Shown here one piece after another: positions 36,886 to 46,137 of a stretch of DNA of 64,000 bases. Position numbers and translations under genes: made by a program. The stretch is taken from NCBI GenBank assembly GCA_013791935.1, contig VMSV01000204.1, positions 13,415 to 77,414 on the forward strand, written 5' to 3'. The notes below the pieces were generated by a model. It made no database searches. It was not told the origin of the DNA and was given only the letters and a program-made list of their open reading frames with translations. Every line of letters starts with the position of its first letter. Positions within the stretch are counted from its first letter, which is position 1. This DNA comes from Desulfobacteraceae bacterium (lineage in GTDB: Bacteria; Desulfobacterota; Desulfobacteria; Desulfobacterales; UBA5616).

Positions 36886-39564
36886 TCACACTCCCCTTCT
36901 TTCTTCCTTCCCAAGGCCGATCACCTCTTGGATTTTGGCGGCAAGCTCCTGAATGGTAAATGGTTTTTGAATTAAATGCACTCCTGGATCCATCACACCG
37001 TGATGGGCGATGGCATCGGCCGTGTACCCGGACATAAAAAGGACTTTGATCTTCGGGAAAAGGGACGTAAGCTGCCCGGATAGATCCGGTCCGTTCATTT
37101 CCGGCATGATGACATCGGTGATGAGCAGATCAATGGTGCCGGAGCAAGCCTCGGCAAGAATCAAGGCTTCTCCCGGAGCATTGGCCGTCATCACGGTGTA
37201 GCCGAGCTTTTCCAGCATGATCGCCGTCATCTTCAGAATCGCCGCCTCGTCCTCCACCACCAAAACGGTCTCCCCCTTGCCCTGCCGGACGACCGAAGGG
37301 ATTTTGGCAGGAATCATCCCGGTTTCGCCCTGGTAGCGAGGCAGATGGATCTTTACCAAGGTCCCTTTGCCCGGTTCACTGGAAACATGGATGAATCCAT
37401 GGTTCTGCTTGACGATGCCGTACACCGTGGCCAGGCCCAAGCCGGTGCCCTCTCCCACCTCCTTGGTGGTGAAAAAAGGCTCGAATAGATTGTCCATAAT
37501 CTCTTTTTCCATGCCGTGACCATTGTCCCTCACCGTCAGCACGACATAGTCCCCCGGGGAAGCTCCCGAATGCTCGGAACAGTATTCTTCATCCAAACTC
37601 ACCCGGCCGGTTTCGATGGTGATCTTGCCCACCCCGGTGATGGCGTCCCGGGCGTTGATGCACAGATTGGCCAAAATCTGGTCGATTTGCGACGGATCCA
37701 TCCTCACCGGCCAGACTTTCGCGCCGGGCAGCCAGACCAGGTCGATATCCTCATCGATGAGTCGCCGAAGCATCTTGAGCATCCCTTCCACCGTCTCGTT
37801 CAGGTCGAGTACTCGGGGAGATATGGTCTGTTTGCGGGCAAAGGCCAGCAATTGCCGGACCACCTCCGTGGACCGTTTGGCTGCGTTTAAAATTTCTCCA
37901 AGAGCATCATGAACGGGATCATCCGGAGCCACCCTGTCCATGGCCAGCTCCGCATAACCGTTGATGACGCTGAGCATGTTGTTGAAATCGTGTGCCACGC
38001 CGCCTGCGAGCCTTCCCACGGACTCCATCTTCCGGGCCTGCTGAACCTCGGCTTCCAGCCGCAGTTGCCCCGTAATGTCCCGTTTGACGGCAACAAAGCT
38101 GATGATCTTGCCCCCGGAATCCCGAACCGGAGAAATCGTGGTCTCATCCGTGTAGAGGGTTCCGTTCTTCCGTTTGTTGACCATGCGTCCTTGCCATGTT
38201 TCACCGGATTTGATGGTGGTCCAGAGATCCTCGTAAAAAACCCTGTCCTGTTTCCCGCTTTTCAGGAAACGCGGGTTTTTTCCCAGAATTTCTTCTTCGG
38301 CATATCCAGTGGCCCGCTCAAAGGCGGGGTTGACATACTGGATGGCGCCGTGGCCGTCGGTGGTAAAAATGATATCGCCAGCCTGCTCAATGGCGGCCAT
38401 CATCCGTTCCCGCTCCATGGAGGCTTGTTTTTGTTCGGTGATGTCGCTGAAAACCCCCAACACGCCTACAGTATTCCCGTCTTTGTCTCGAATCGGTGTT
38501 TTAATCGTATAGGCCCAGGCAGTCCTGCCGCTTGTCACGTATTGCTCCTCAAGGCTCTCCGTTTTGCCGGAGGTCATGACCCGAAAATCGTCGGCCCGGT
38601 ATTTTTCGGCCAGCTCTCGGGTGAAGAGGTCATAGTCGGTCTTTCCGGCGATTTCCTCCTGCCTGATGCCCAGATCTCGGACAAAGTTCTCGTTGCAGGA
38701 CAGGTAGACCGACTGCCGGTCTTTTGCGAAAATCGCCTGTGGAAGGCTTTCAACCAGGGTGCGGTATTTTCCTTCGCTCGCGCGCAAGGCATCCATCACC
38801 TGTTTGCGTTCGGTGATGTCATGGGCCACTCCGCGAACGATGGGTTCTTCGGCTTCCTTGGAGCGCAGGGTGGTATGGTATTCCCAGATGAGTTTTTTGC
38901 CCGACCTGGATTGAACGGCAAGCAGGCCCTTGACCTCGCCTTGGGTTTCCACCGTTTTGAGGTATTCATCAAACGCACGGGTGGTTTCCGGCATTAGGAT
39001 ATCCCGAAGATTCATCTGCAGCAGGGTGTCCCTGTCAAAACCTAAAACGGTCGCCGCCCATGGATTCACCGAAAGAATGCGGCCTTTGAGATCGTGTGTG
39101 CAGATGAGGTCCCGGCTGTTTTCCACCAGGTCCCGGTATCGGTCTTCGCTCTCGCGCAAGGCCTCCTCGGCTTTCTTGCGGCCGGTGATGTCGCTGATGA
39201 TGTGCACTGCGCCGGAATACTGTCCGGCTGCGTCAAGGATGAGATCTACCGTAACCTGGAACCAGCTCTCGTCGGCTTTCAACTCCATGCTCTCGCGATG
39301 CAGGCTTATTTCTGCCCGCTTCAGGGGGCATTCGGGGATGGGTCGGGCCGTATGGTGTAAGATTTCCCAGCAGTGCCGGCCGATCAAATCCGGAAATGAA
39401 TCCTGGAACATTCGCTTTGCCGTTTTGTTGGCCTGCAGGATGCGCTGGTCCTTGTCGAGAATCCATATGGCGTCATTGGTGGCGTCAAAGGTCGTCCGCC
39501 AGTGACGCAATTCCTCTTCCCGGTTGTCCACGGCCGAAATGCCCGTATTTTCAAAATCCGTCAT
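36886..39564 (-). CDS. multi-PAS hybrid sensor histidine kinase/response regulator (HK5)
   Basis: At least 4 PAS/PAC repeats, then HisKA ([28 protein letters not shown]), HATPase and REC. Start set at MTDFENTG (GAGGTG RBS). The track ORF begins at a TTG inside the repeat element. Confidence 0.8.
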   Translation of the reverse strand: MTDFENTGISAVDNREEELRHWRTTFDATNDAIWILDKDQRILQANKTAKRMFQDSFPDLIGRHCWEILHHTARPIPECPLKRAEISLHRESMELKADESWFQVTVDLILDAAGQYSGAVHIISDITGRKKAEEALRESEDRYRDLVENSRDLICTHDLKGRILSVNPWAATVLGFDRDTLLQMNLRDILMPETTRAFDEYLKTVETQGEVKGLLAVQSRSGKKLIWEYHTTLRSKEAEEPIVRGVAHDITERKQVMDALRASEGKYRTLVESLPQAIFAKDRQSVYLSCNENFVRDLGIRQEEIAGKTDYDLFTRELAEKYRADDFRVMTSGKTESLEEQYVTSGRTAWAYTIKTPIRDKDGNTVGVLGVFSDITEQKQASMERERMMAAIEQAGDIIFTTDGHGAIQYVNPAFERATGYAEEEILGKNPRFLKSGKQDRVFYEDLWTTIKSGETWQGRMVNKRKNGTLYTDETTISPVRDSGGKIISFVAVKRDITGQLRLEAEVQQARKMESVGRLAGGVAHDFNNMLSVINGYAELAMDRVAPDDPVHDALGEILNAAKRSTEVVRQLLAFARKQTISPRVLDLNETVEGMLKMLRRLIDEDIDLVWLPGAKVWPVRMDPSQIDQILANLCINARDAITGVGKITIETGRVSLDEEYCSEHSGASPGDYVVLTVRDNGHGMEKEIMDNLFEPFFTTKEVGEGTGLGLATVYGIVKQNHGFIHVSSEPGKGTLVKIHLPRYQGETGMIPAKIPSVVRQGKGETVLVVEDEAAILKMTAIMLEKLGYTVMTANAPGEALILAEACSGTIDLLITDVIMPEMNGPDLSGQLTSLFPKIKVLFMSGYTADAIAHHGVMDPGVHLIQKPFTIQELAAKIQEVIGLGKEERRGV

Positions 39565-39590
39565 AAGCACCTCTATTTTTTTGATAGTGT

Positions 39591-39723
39591 CCATCCAGAA
39601 ACGAGAAAATTTGTTCAAGTTCAAGGCAGGTAAAAATTTTAACCACAGGAATACTCGACGTATTTTGAGGATTAAAATTTTTGCCTAACACAGAAATTGG
39701 GCAAATTGGCCGTTTCTGGATGG
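39591..39723 (-). repeat. MITE-like ~130-bp structured repeat, copy 2, with 13-bp terminal inverted repeats CCATCCAGAAACG
   Basis: Reverse complement is about 90% identical to 7446-7571. Flanked by CCATCCAGAAACG ... CGTTTCTGGATGG. Ends 27 nt upstream of the HK5 start on the minus strand. Confidence 0.6.
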
Positions 39724-40000
39724 GTACTATATAGAAAGGACCGAATTGAACATGTCTCAAACCCTATGGTGCTCAACCCGCAACGGCTTGCTTCCTTTAG
39801 CGATATGCAGTCCCACTTGGCGGGACAGTGGCTTATAGATACTGGATCAATTCCGGGATGACGCTTGGAGGCAATGTCAACCTATTATTCAACTAAAAGC
39901 CTGGAAAAATCAAGATTCGATTGCGTATTTCCTGAGGTATTGGCAATTCTTTCGGGAAAAGATCAAGGGGTGGATATTTTTTCAGGGGAATGGTTTTGCC

Positions 40001-40036
40001 AAAAAAAAATCAACCGGCCAATTGGCCGGTTGATTT
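40001..40036 (-). terminator. rho-independent terminator (minus strand): perfect 26-bp palindrome ATCAACCGGCCAATTGGCCGGTTGAT followed by a T9 run on the minus strand
   Basis: A9 run at 40001-40009 on the plus strand is a T9 run on the minus strand directly 3' of the GC-rich hairpin. Lies downstream of the FG-GAP gene. Confidence 0.6.
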
Positions 40037-40373
40037 CGGAGAGGAGAAAAAGATGAAGATTTTTTTGGTTTCGCTATGGTGAAATGCAATTCGATTGCCA
40101 AAGTTATTTTTTTGATAATCTTTTTTAAATTTTGAGGTCTATCTGTTTATTATTCAGCAGGTTAAAATTTATAAAATTATTATTTTCAGCCAATTGAATG
40201 GTTTCGCCAGTGCAGGTGGGCAAGGTTTTGTTCACCATATTGAACCCTGAAAATGACGTCATTTGATAAAAAATACTGATATTTAACAATATTTTGCATT
40301 AAATCGCAGAGTTCAAAATTTTGAACCCCGATCATAATTTTGTACACTGGTTTTCGCACCTTCAAATTAGGCA

Positions 40374-41543
40374 CTAATCACCCGATTCAAATCCTGTTGC
40401 GCCGATGAAACAACTGTTGGAGCCGGTTCTTTCCTCCGGATCGAATTTGCTGTTGTTCAGAAATACCGAAACCGTATCTCCGTTGTCATTGGCGGTGGCC
40501 ATATCGGGTTTGTCGTTTCCGTCAAAATCCGCCAGGACGATGCAATGGGGTCCGTTGCCCGAGGCGTAATTCACGGCGGATTCGAAGGTGCCGTCGCCGT
40601 TGCCCAAAAGGACGGAAACATTATTGCCATCATAGTTGGCAATCGCAATGTCCAGGTTCCCGTCTCCTTCAAAATCGTCCACGGCCACCGAGCGGGTGGC
40701 ATCCCCTGCGTTATAACTCACGGCGGCATCAAAGGTTCCGTCGCCGTTGCCCAATAGAACCGACACACGGGTGGCGCCATAGTTTGCAGTCACAATATCG
40801 AGGTTGCCGTCATCATCAAAATCCCCTGTGGCCAACGAACGGGTGCCATTCCCCGCGGCAAAATGGACCGGGGCATCGAAGGTGCCGTTGCCGTTTCCAA
40901 GAAGGATGGAAATATTGTTGCCGAAATAGTTGGCGGTGGCCAAGTCAAGGTTGTTGTCGCCGTCAAAATCATCCACAACCACCTGGTAGGGGCCGTCCCC
41001 CGTGGTAAAGGCGGTAATGGGCTGAAAGGTGCCGTTGCCGTTGCCCGGGAGAACGGAAATCGTATCGTTGTCGGCATTGGCGGTGACAATATCCACATCC
41101 CCGTCCTTGTTAAGATCCTCCACCGCAACCCATCGGGGAGCGGTATTGATCGCATGATGGACCGGGGCCGCAAAGGTTCCGGTTCCGGTTCCCGAAAGCA
41201 CCGAAACACTATTCCCGTTCCGGTTGGCGCACACAATATCCACATGGTCATCCCCGTTTATTTTTCCCATGGCCACGGAATAGGGTCCACTTCCTGCGGT
41301 ATAATCCACAGCAACAGCAAACCCGCCTGATCCATTGCCCAGAAAAACCGAAACCGTATCCGCCCCGTTGTTGGCCGTCACCATATCCGGATCTCCATCG
41401 TTGTTTAAATCTCCTGCCGCCAGGGCATAGGGCGCATCCCCCGATGCAAAATCCGTGGAAGCCATAAAGCTCAGGTCACCGGCATGGGTCACCAAAGGGC
41501 TGCATAATAAGAGTAAAACCAGAATTGTTAATTTGTTTTTCAT
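40374..41543 (-). CDS. secreted FG-GAP/VCBS-type beta-propeller repeat protein
   Basis: Signal peptide MKNKLTILVLLLLCSPLVTHA, then about 7 repeats of the form DxDGDGxxDIxxAN...VSVLLGNGDGTF. Repetitive DNA produces several overlapping ORFs in other frames. Confidence 0.8.
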   Translation of the reverse strand: MKNKLTILVLLLLCSPLVTHAGDLSFMASTDFASGDAPYALAAGDLNNDGDPDMVTANNGADTVSVFLGNGSGGFAVAVDYTAGSGPYSVAMGKINGDDHVDIVCANRNGNSVSVLSGTGTGTFAAPVHHAINTAPRWVAVEDLNKDGDVDIVTANADNDTISVLPGNGNGTFQPITAFTTGDGPYQVVVDDFDGDNNLDLATANYFGNNISILLGNGNGTFDAPVHFAAGNGTRSLATGDFDDDGNLDIVTANYGATRVSVLLGNGDGTFDAAVSYNAGDATRSVAVDDFEGDGNLDIAIANYDGNNVSVLLGNGDGTFESAVNYASGNGPHCIVLADFDGNDKPDMATANDNGDTVSVFLNNSKFDPEERTGSNSCFIGATGFESGD

Positions 41544-42331
41544 GGTTGAATTCTCCTGCTCATCGGGTTTTTTAAAAGGACTTCAGGGAGGTTTTCCCCC
41601 GGGTTGAATGAATGGGCTTCAAAAGGCCTGCCATGACCCGGAAAAACAGTTTTTACCCCCAGGTTCTGAATTTTTTCCCAGCTTTGCATTTGCCGGTCAT
41701 GATTGAAGGAATATTGGGGGAAACAGGGCCCGGACCCGAAGGGGAAGGTGTTCACCGCAAGATCCCCGATAAAGGCCTCGTGGTCCGCAGTGACCAGGGA
41801 GATCGATCCCGGGGTATGGCCGGGGGTGAATACCACGTTGGCTGAAAAGCCCAAACCCTCAAGGGAGAGCTCCTGGTCCAGGATGTATTCGGAATCCACC
41901 GCCTGAAAGCGATAGGTTTTTTCCCTTTGAACCACTCGGAAACCCTGGTGCTCATCCACCGTGGGCAAATGATCCAGTGACGGATCAGCGAGCCTGAATA
42001 CCGGATTTTTTAAAAAAAAGGCCTCAAAGCCGTGGGTCATGACCGGGCAATGGCATGCGGTCTTGATTTCATGGAGGCAACCGGCATGGTCATAATGGGC
42101 ATGGGTGACCACAATCAATTGAATCTGTTCGGGAAGGATGCCGGTTTTTTCAAGCTTTTTAAAAAACAAGTCCGCTGTTCCCATGGGGCCTGCGTCCACA
42201 AGAAGGTAACCGCTTTTTCCGGGAACCAGATAGGTGCTGGTGACCCCCAGCCTGATTTTGCTATGCGTTTCCATGGGTTTTCCCATGATCATTTCTGTCC
42301 TGGTGATGTCTTGGCTGAGGGTGGATCCCAT
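41540..42331 (-). CDS. MBL-fold metallo-hydrolase
   Basis: VVTHAHYDHAGC and TPGHTPGS metal-binding motifs. Stop overlaps the FG-GAP start (ATGA). Confidence 0.75.
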   Translation of the reverse strand: MGSTLSQDITRTEMIMGKPMETHSKIRLGVTSTYLVPGKSGYLLVDAGPMGTADLFFKKLEKTGILPEQIQLIVVTHAHYDHAGCLHEIKTACHCPVMTHGFEAFFLKNPVFRLADPSLDHLPTVDEHQGFRVVQREKTYRFQAVDSEYILDQELSLEGLGFSANVVFTPGHTPGSISLVTADHEAFIGDLAVNTFPFGSGPCFPQYSFNHDRQMQSWEKIQNLGVKTVFPGHGRPFEAHSFNPGENLPEVLLKNPMSRRIQP

Positions 42332-42375
42332 GCGTCATTTTTATTCCATTTTCAGGGATTCATCAAGTTTTTGTT

Positions 42376-44040
42376 TTACTTCAGGCATCCCCTGATTTGA
42401 GTAAAATCCAGTTTTTCTAAAAATTGCGCAGAAAGTTCCCTGGAAATCCGGTGCTCGTAAACCTGGTCCTGCCCTGTAATCCCCCGGATTTCACCGTCCG
42501 ACAAAAACCATTTGAGCAATTGAATGCCAACTGATTTCCGGTTTTCCGGGAGAGGGTTGGTGGCATTGAATTTTTCGGGACCCGGCAGGGTTCCCCCCTC
42601 ATCCACAAGGGATTTCATGAAATTCAGAATCCGGGAGAGCCTCAGGAGAGTGACGGATTCTGTCCGGCTGGTGGTGTGGGTAAGGGGAATGGCACTGGAT
42701 CTCAGCAGGCTGTGGTGATCCGGAAGAAGCCCATTTTCCCGGCATCGGTCATAATCTGCACTGCCGGGGGCTGGGTAGAAAATGGAAAGGCCGGCCAGAA
42801 CCCTTTTATCCGCCAGATAGAGAAGATCCTCCAGCGAATCCTCGGGTTTCTGGTCCGGGGCTCCGGCGATCATGTAGGCCACGGCATCCATGCCCCATTT
42901 TTCCGCCCAGTCCAGGGTTTTTTCAAAGGATGGAGAAACATCGGGCCTGGAAAAGCGTTTCAGTTGAGAAGGGTTTGTGGAAGCCACGGCAAGGTTCAGG
43001 GTTTTGAATCCGGCAGCCTTCATGGCTGCGACGATCTCTTCATCCAGGCTGGGCGGATAGAGACCGTTCATGGCCCGGAATTCCAGATCCTTTCCGCTGA
43101 ATTTTGTATGGATTTCATTCAAAAGTGCCATGAACCATTTTTTATCCAGGGCCAGGTTTTCATCCTCAAAATCCATGAAGCCCGCATCCAGGTTCACAAC
43201 GCCGTTTTGAATTTCTTCTATTATATATGGAACGCTTCGCCTTCGATAGGGAACGGCAGACCCTTTCCCCAGAGAGCAGTAGGAACAGTTCATGGGGCAT
43301 CCCCGGCTTGCGGTAATCACCAGGCTGCCTTTGTTTTTCCTCCTGTAAAAGCTGTTTTTGACCAAGCCCATGGCCGGAATGGGATAATCATCCAGTGCAT
43401 CCATGACTGCGGGCTTGTTGATAAAATATTTTCCGTGATCCAATCGAAAACCGATGCCTGGAATGGAGGCCAGATGATCCGAATCGGCGCCTTGCCCAAG
43501 GGCTTTGGCCAGAAGGGGCATGGACACCTCCCCCTCTCCCCGAAGCACAAAATCCACAGATTCACAGTCCAGAACCTGTTCCGGCATGGCCGTGGGGTGA
43601 TGGCCCCCGAGAACCACTTTGCACCGGGGGGAAGCCTTTTTAACTCGCTCGGCGATTTCCAAAGCTTCTCTGGAGTATGCGGTGAACAGGGAGGAAATCC
43701 CCACCAGAAAAGCTCCGGAATGTTTTACCTGTTGAGCCAGATGCTCAAAGGAATATCCATAATGCTTGTACTTGTGGAACAGACCGAAGGGGGAGATATC
43801 TTCTTGACCATAAAAAGGCTCCAGATAGGCCATTTCCTCCGGCCAATCCAGGACCCTGGATTTTGAAGTGGCCAGGGCATCCAGAATCTCCACGGAAAAC
43901 CCCGCTTTCAGCAATGAAGCCGCAATACAGGAGAGACCGTAAGGGATGGTTCTCTTGGCGGTTAGATAAAAATCGCGAATGGGAGGCTGGATCAAAAGAA
44001 TATGGGGCATGGAATTTGAAATCTCAAATTTGAAATTCAT
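42376..44040 (-). CDS. B12-binding-domain radical SAM protein
   Basis: N-terminal cobalamin-binding-like domain (ILLIQPP...VVLGGHHPT) and radical SAM core CPMNCSYC (CxxxCxxC). Confidence 0.8.
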   Translation of the reverse strand: MNFKFEISNSMPHILLIQPPIRDFYLTAKRTIPYGLSCIAASLLKAGFSVEILDALATSKSRVLDWPEEMAYLEPFYGQEDISPFGLFHKYKHYGYSFEHLAQQVKHSGAFLVGISSLFTAYSREALEIAERVKKASPRCKVVLGGHHPTAMPEQVLDCESVDFVLRGEGEVSMPLLAKALGQGADSDHLASIPGIGFRLDHGKYFINKPAVMDALDDYPIPAMGLVKNSFYRRKNKGSLVITASRGCPMNCSYCSLGKGSAVPYRRRSVPYIIEEIQNGVVNLDAGFMDFEDENLALDKKWFMALLNEIHTKFSGKDLEFRAMNGLYPPSLDEEIVAAMKAAGFKTLNLAVASTNPSQLKRFSRPDVSPSFEKTLDWAEKWGMDAVAYMIAGAPDQKPEDSLEDLLYLADKRVLAGLSIFYPAPGSADYDRCRENGLLPDHHSLLRSSAIPLTHTTSRTESVTLLRLSRILNFMKSLVDEGGTLPGPEKFNATNPLPENRKSVGIQLLKWFLSDGEIRGITGQDQVYEHRISRELSAQFLEKLDFTQIRGCLK

Positions 44041-45080
44041 GGGTCGAGGCAGGATGTTCTTTTGTCCGTCCTCAACCCATGAGGTTAGTCGTTGAAAAAC
44101 CGGGTTGATTGAGCGTCGGTTTCAAAGATTATGAACTAAAAATTCCCAAGGCGTTTTTTTAGTTTGCCCATATAAAATACGGGCAGGATTAAGTCAATGA
44201 GGATATCGCATATATTTTAAGGGATTAAGAATTCAACCCCGAAAAGACTCGCCTTGGGTTTTGGGCTGTGGGGACACAATCCATTTCAAATCTCAAATTT
44301 CAAACTTCAAATTCCCCGGTTCGGACGGTTTATTCTCTAAAGTATTGGACCCTGCAACCGATATATAGGGGTAAGAAGAGAACATATTTGTGGGATCAAA
44401 ATCACCCGGTAAAATAAGGCGAACCATTAATTTCTACCGAGTCATAAGGTAGCTGAATAATAATCTTATTATCTTTCTATTATATATCGCCATGTTATTT
44501 TGATGTCACCAGAAGGAAACCACCAGGCTGCCTTTTTCCCATGCAGCCCAGTAAATTTGCAGAAGCAAATAACGGAGATGATATGCGCCCCTATCAGGAC
44601 GACATTTGGATTATTATAAGAGAAGGTGTTGAAGGTTTAAGCGTTAAAATTTCACCCATAGCCAACATCAACGACTTGTTGATCGCCAGGAATTATTCCA
44701 CTGACCTTGTGGCCCTGGTTCACAATAAGGCCTCGCTTGTGGATGTGATCTTGGAAGTTTCCTATAATTAAAAACGTTTTCACCAAGGCCCGTTCAACTT
44801 TATGCCCGAATTCCAATCAAAAATCAGTCGACATCCATTTTCAATTCCGGGTTAATCCCTAAAATTCCATCCATAATAATACCTCATACCCATGGATATA
44901 TTGTTAATTTCAATACAGAATTCATTGCCAATTATATCTATTGACACGGCACTTTCTCTTTGAGATAGTTCGTTTTTTTGTGGGTGGTAACGTTTGAACA
45001 ATAAGAGAATCATAGGCAGCAGAGGCTTATTGCCTATATAAGATGGAGCAAATAATCTTAAAGGAGGAGTGAGTAGGGAC

Positions 45081-46073
45081 ATGGTTCAAGAAGAATACAG
45101 ACACAAACTGAACAAGGTGATGACGGAACAGGAAGCCGTATCCACGTTTTTAAAGGACGGCGACTGCTTTACCGTGGGCGGGTTTCTTTTAAACCGGGAA
45201 TCGGATTGCGTGTTTCGGGAGATTGCACGGCAAGGAAAAAAACATCTTCAATTTATAGAGGAAAGCTCCACATTCAGCATTGATATGCTGATCGCGATTG
45301 GGGCCATTGACCGGTTTGACACGGCTTACATTCCCCATCGCCAGGTGGGGAAGATGGATGGCTTGCCTGGTCTTCAAAGATGTTTTAACACAGGCGATCC
45401 CCGACCCGTTAAAATGGGAGGCGTAATTCAGACGCCCAATTATACGGGGAATGAAAAACCCATGGAAATTGTGGACTGGTCCAATTTCATGGTGGCCTTA
45501 AGATTTGTTGCTGGAGCCCTGAATGTTCCCTTCATGCCCTGCAAGTCCGGATTCGGAACGGATCTTCTTAAGTACAATACCGAACTCAAGGTGATCAACG
45601 ACCCGTTTGAAAACAAACCCCTGGTCCTGGTTCCGGCCATCAAACCGGATGTAGCCTTTATTTCCGTCCAAAGGGCCGACCGTCGCGGAAATGGCCAGGT
45701 GTTCGGGTATAAAGGCACGGATGAGTGGAAAGCCCGGGCCGCCAAGCACGTGGTGCTGTTTGCGGAAGAGCTGGTTTCCTCGGATAAAATCAAGGAGCAT
45801 CCCTCCCATACCCTCATTCCCTCCTATTGCACCGACGCGGTGGTGGTCCAGCCCTTCTCCAGCCACCCCTTTTCCATGTATGGCTGTCATGGGGGTGACG
45901 GTATCCAAACCTTGAATACCATAGTACCCCACCAGACCAAGGAAGGCTTTACCGCCTGGATGAACGAATGGGTTTACGGGGTGAAGGATCATTTTGAATA
46001 TTGCGAAAAAATCGGCTGGGAAAAACTGGAGCAAATCGCCAAATCCGAGAAGAAAAACAACGTCCTTCCCTGA
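45081..46073 (+). CDS. CoA-transferase subunit A (glutaconate/3-oxoacid CoA-transferase alpha-like)
   Basis: Glutaconate-CoA-transferase GctA-like fold. ATG 45081 with an AAGGAGGAG RBS. The track start at 45069 is a GTG. Confidence 0.75.
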   Translation: MVQEEYRHKLNKVMTEQEAVSTFLKDGDCFTVGGFLLNRESDCVFREIARQGKKHLQFIEESSTFSIDMLIAIGAIDRFDTAYIPHRQVGKMDGLPGLQRCFNTGDPRPVKMGGVIQTPNYTGNEKPMEIVDWSNFMVALRFVAGALNVPFMPCKSGFGTDLLKYNTELKVINDPFENKPLVLVPAIKPDVAFISVQRADRRGNGQVFGYKGTDEWKARAAKHVVLFAEELVSSDKIKEHPSHTLIPSYCTDAVVVQPFSSHPFSMYGCHGGDGIQTLNTIVPHQTKEGFTAWMNEWVYGVKDHFEYCEKIGWEKLEQIAKSEKKNNVLP

Positions 46074-46137
46074 GAGGAAAAATGACGGTGCAAAGACGGT
46101 TTCATATTAATACTAAATACAAATTTGGAAGGTTATT

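Noticed and set aside
26563-39000. Many long plus-strand ORFs (e.g. 26563-27504, 30154-31293, 31589-33355, 33730-34659, 37909-38997) overlapping the kinase array
   Set aside because: All lie antisense to histidine-kinase genes with unmistakable HisKA/HATPase/REC motifs. They translate to His/Gly/Pro-rich low-complexity peptides typical of GC-rich antisense frames.
40374-41543. Reading the abundant N-x-S/T sequons in the FG-GAP protein as evidence of an N-glycosylation system
   Set aside because: NGT/NGS follow trivially from the Asn/Gly-rich blade consensus. No oligosaccharyltransferase or glycosyltransferase genes nearby.
44541-44771. 76-aa ORF in the AT-rich gap
   Set aside because: No Shine-Dalgarno sequence and no recognisable domain. 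It lies in a likely promoter region.
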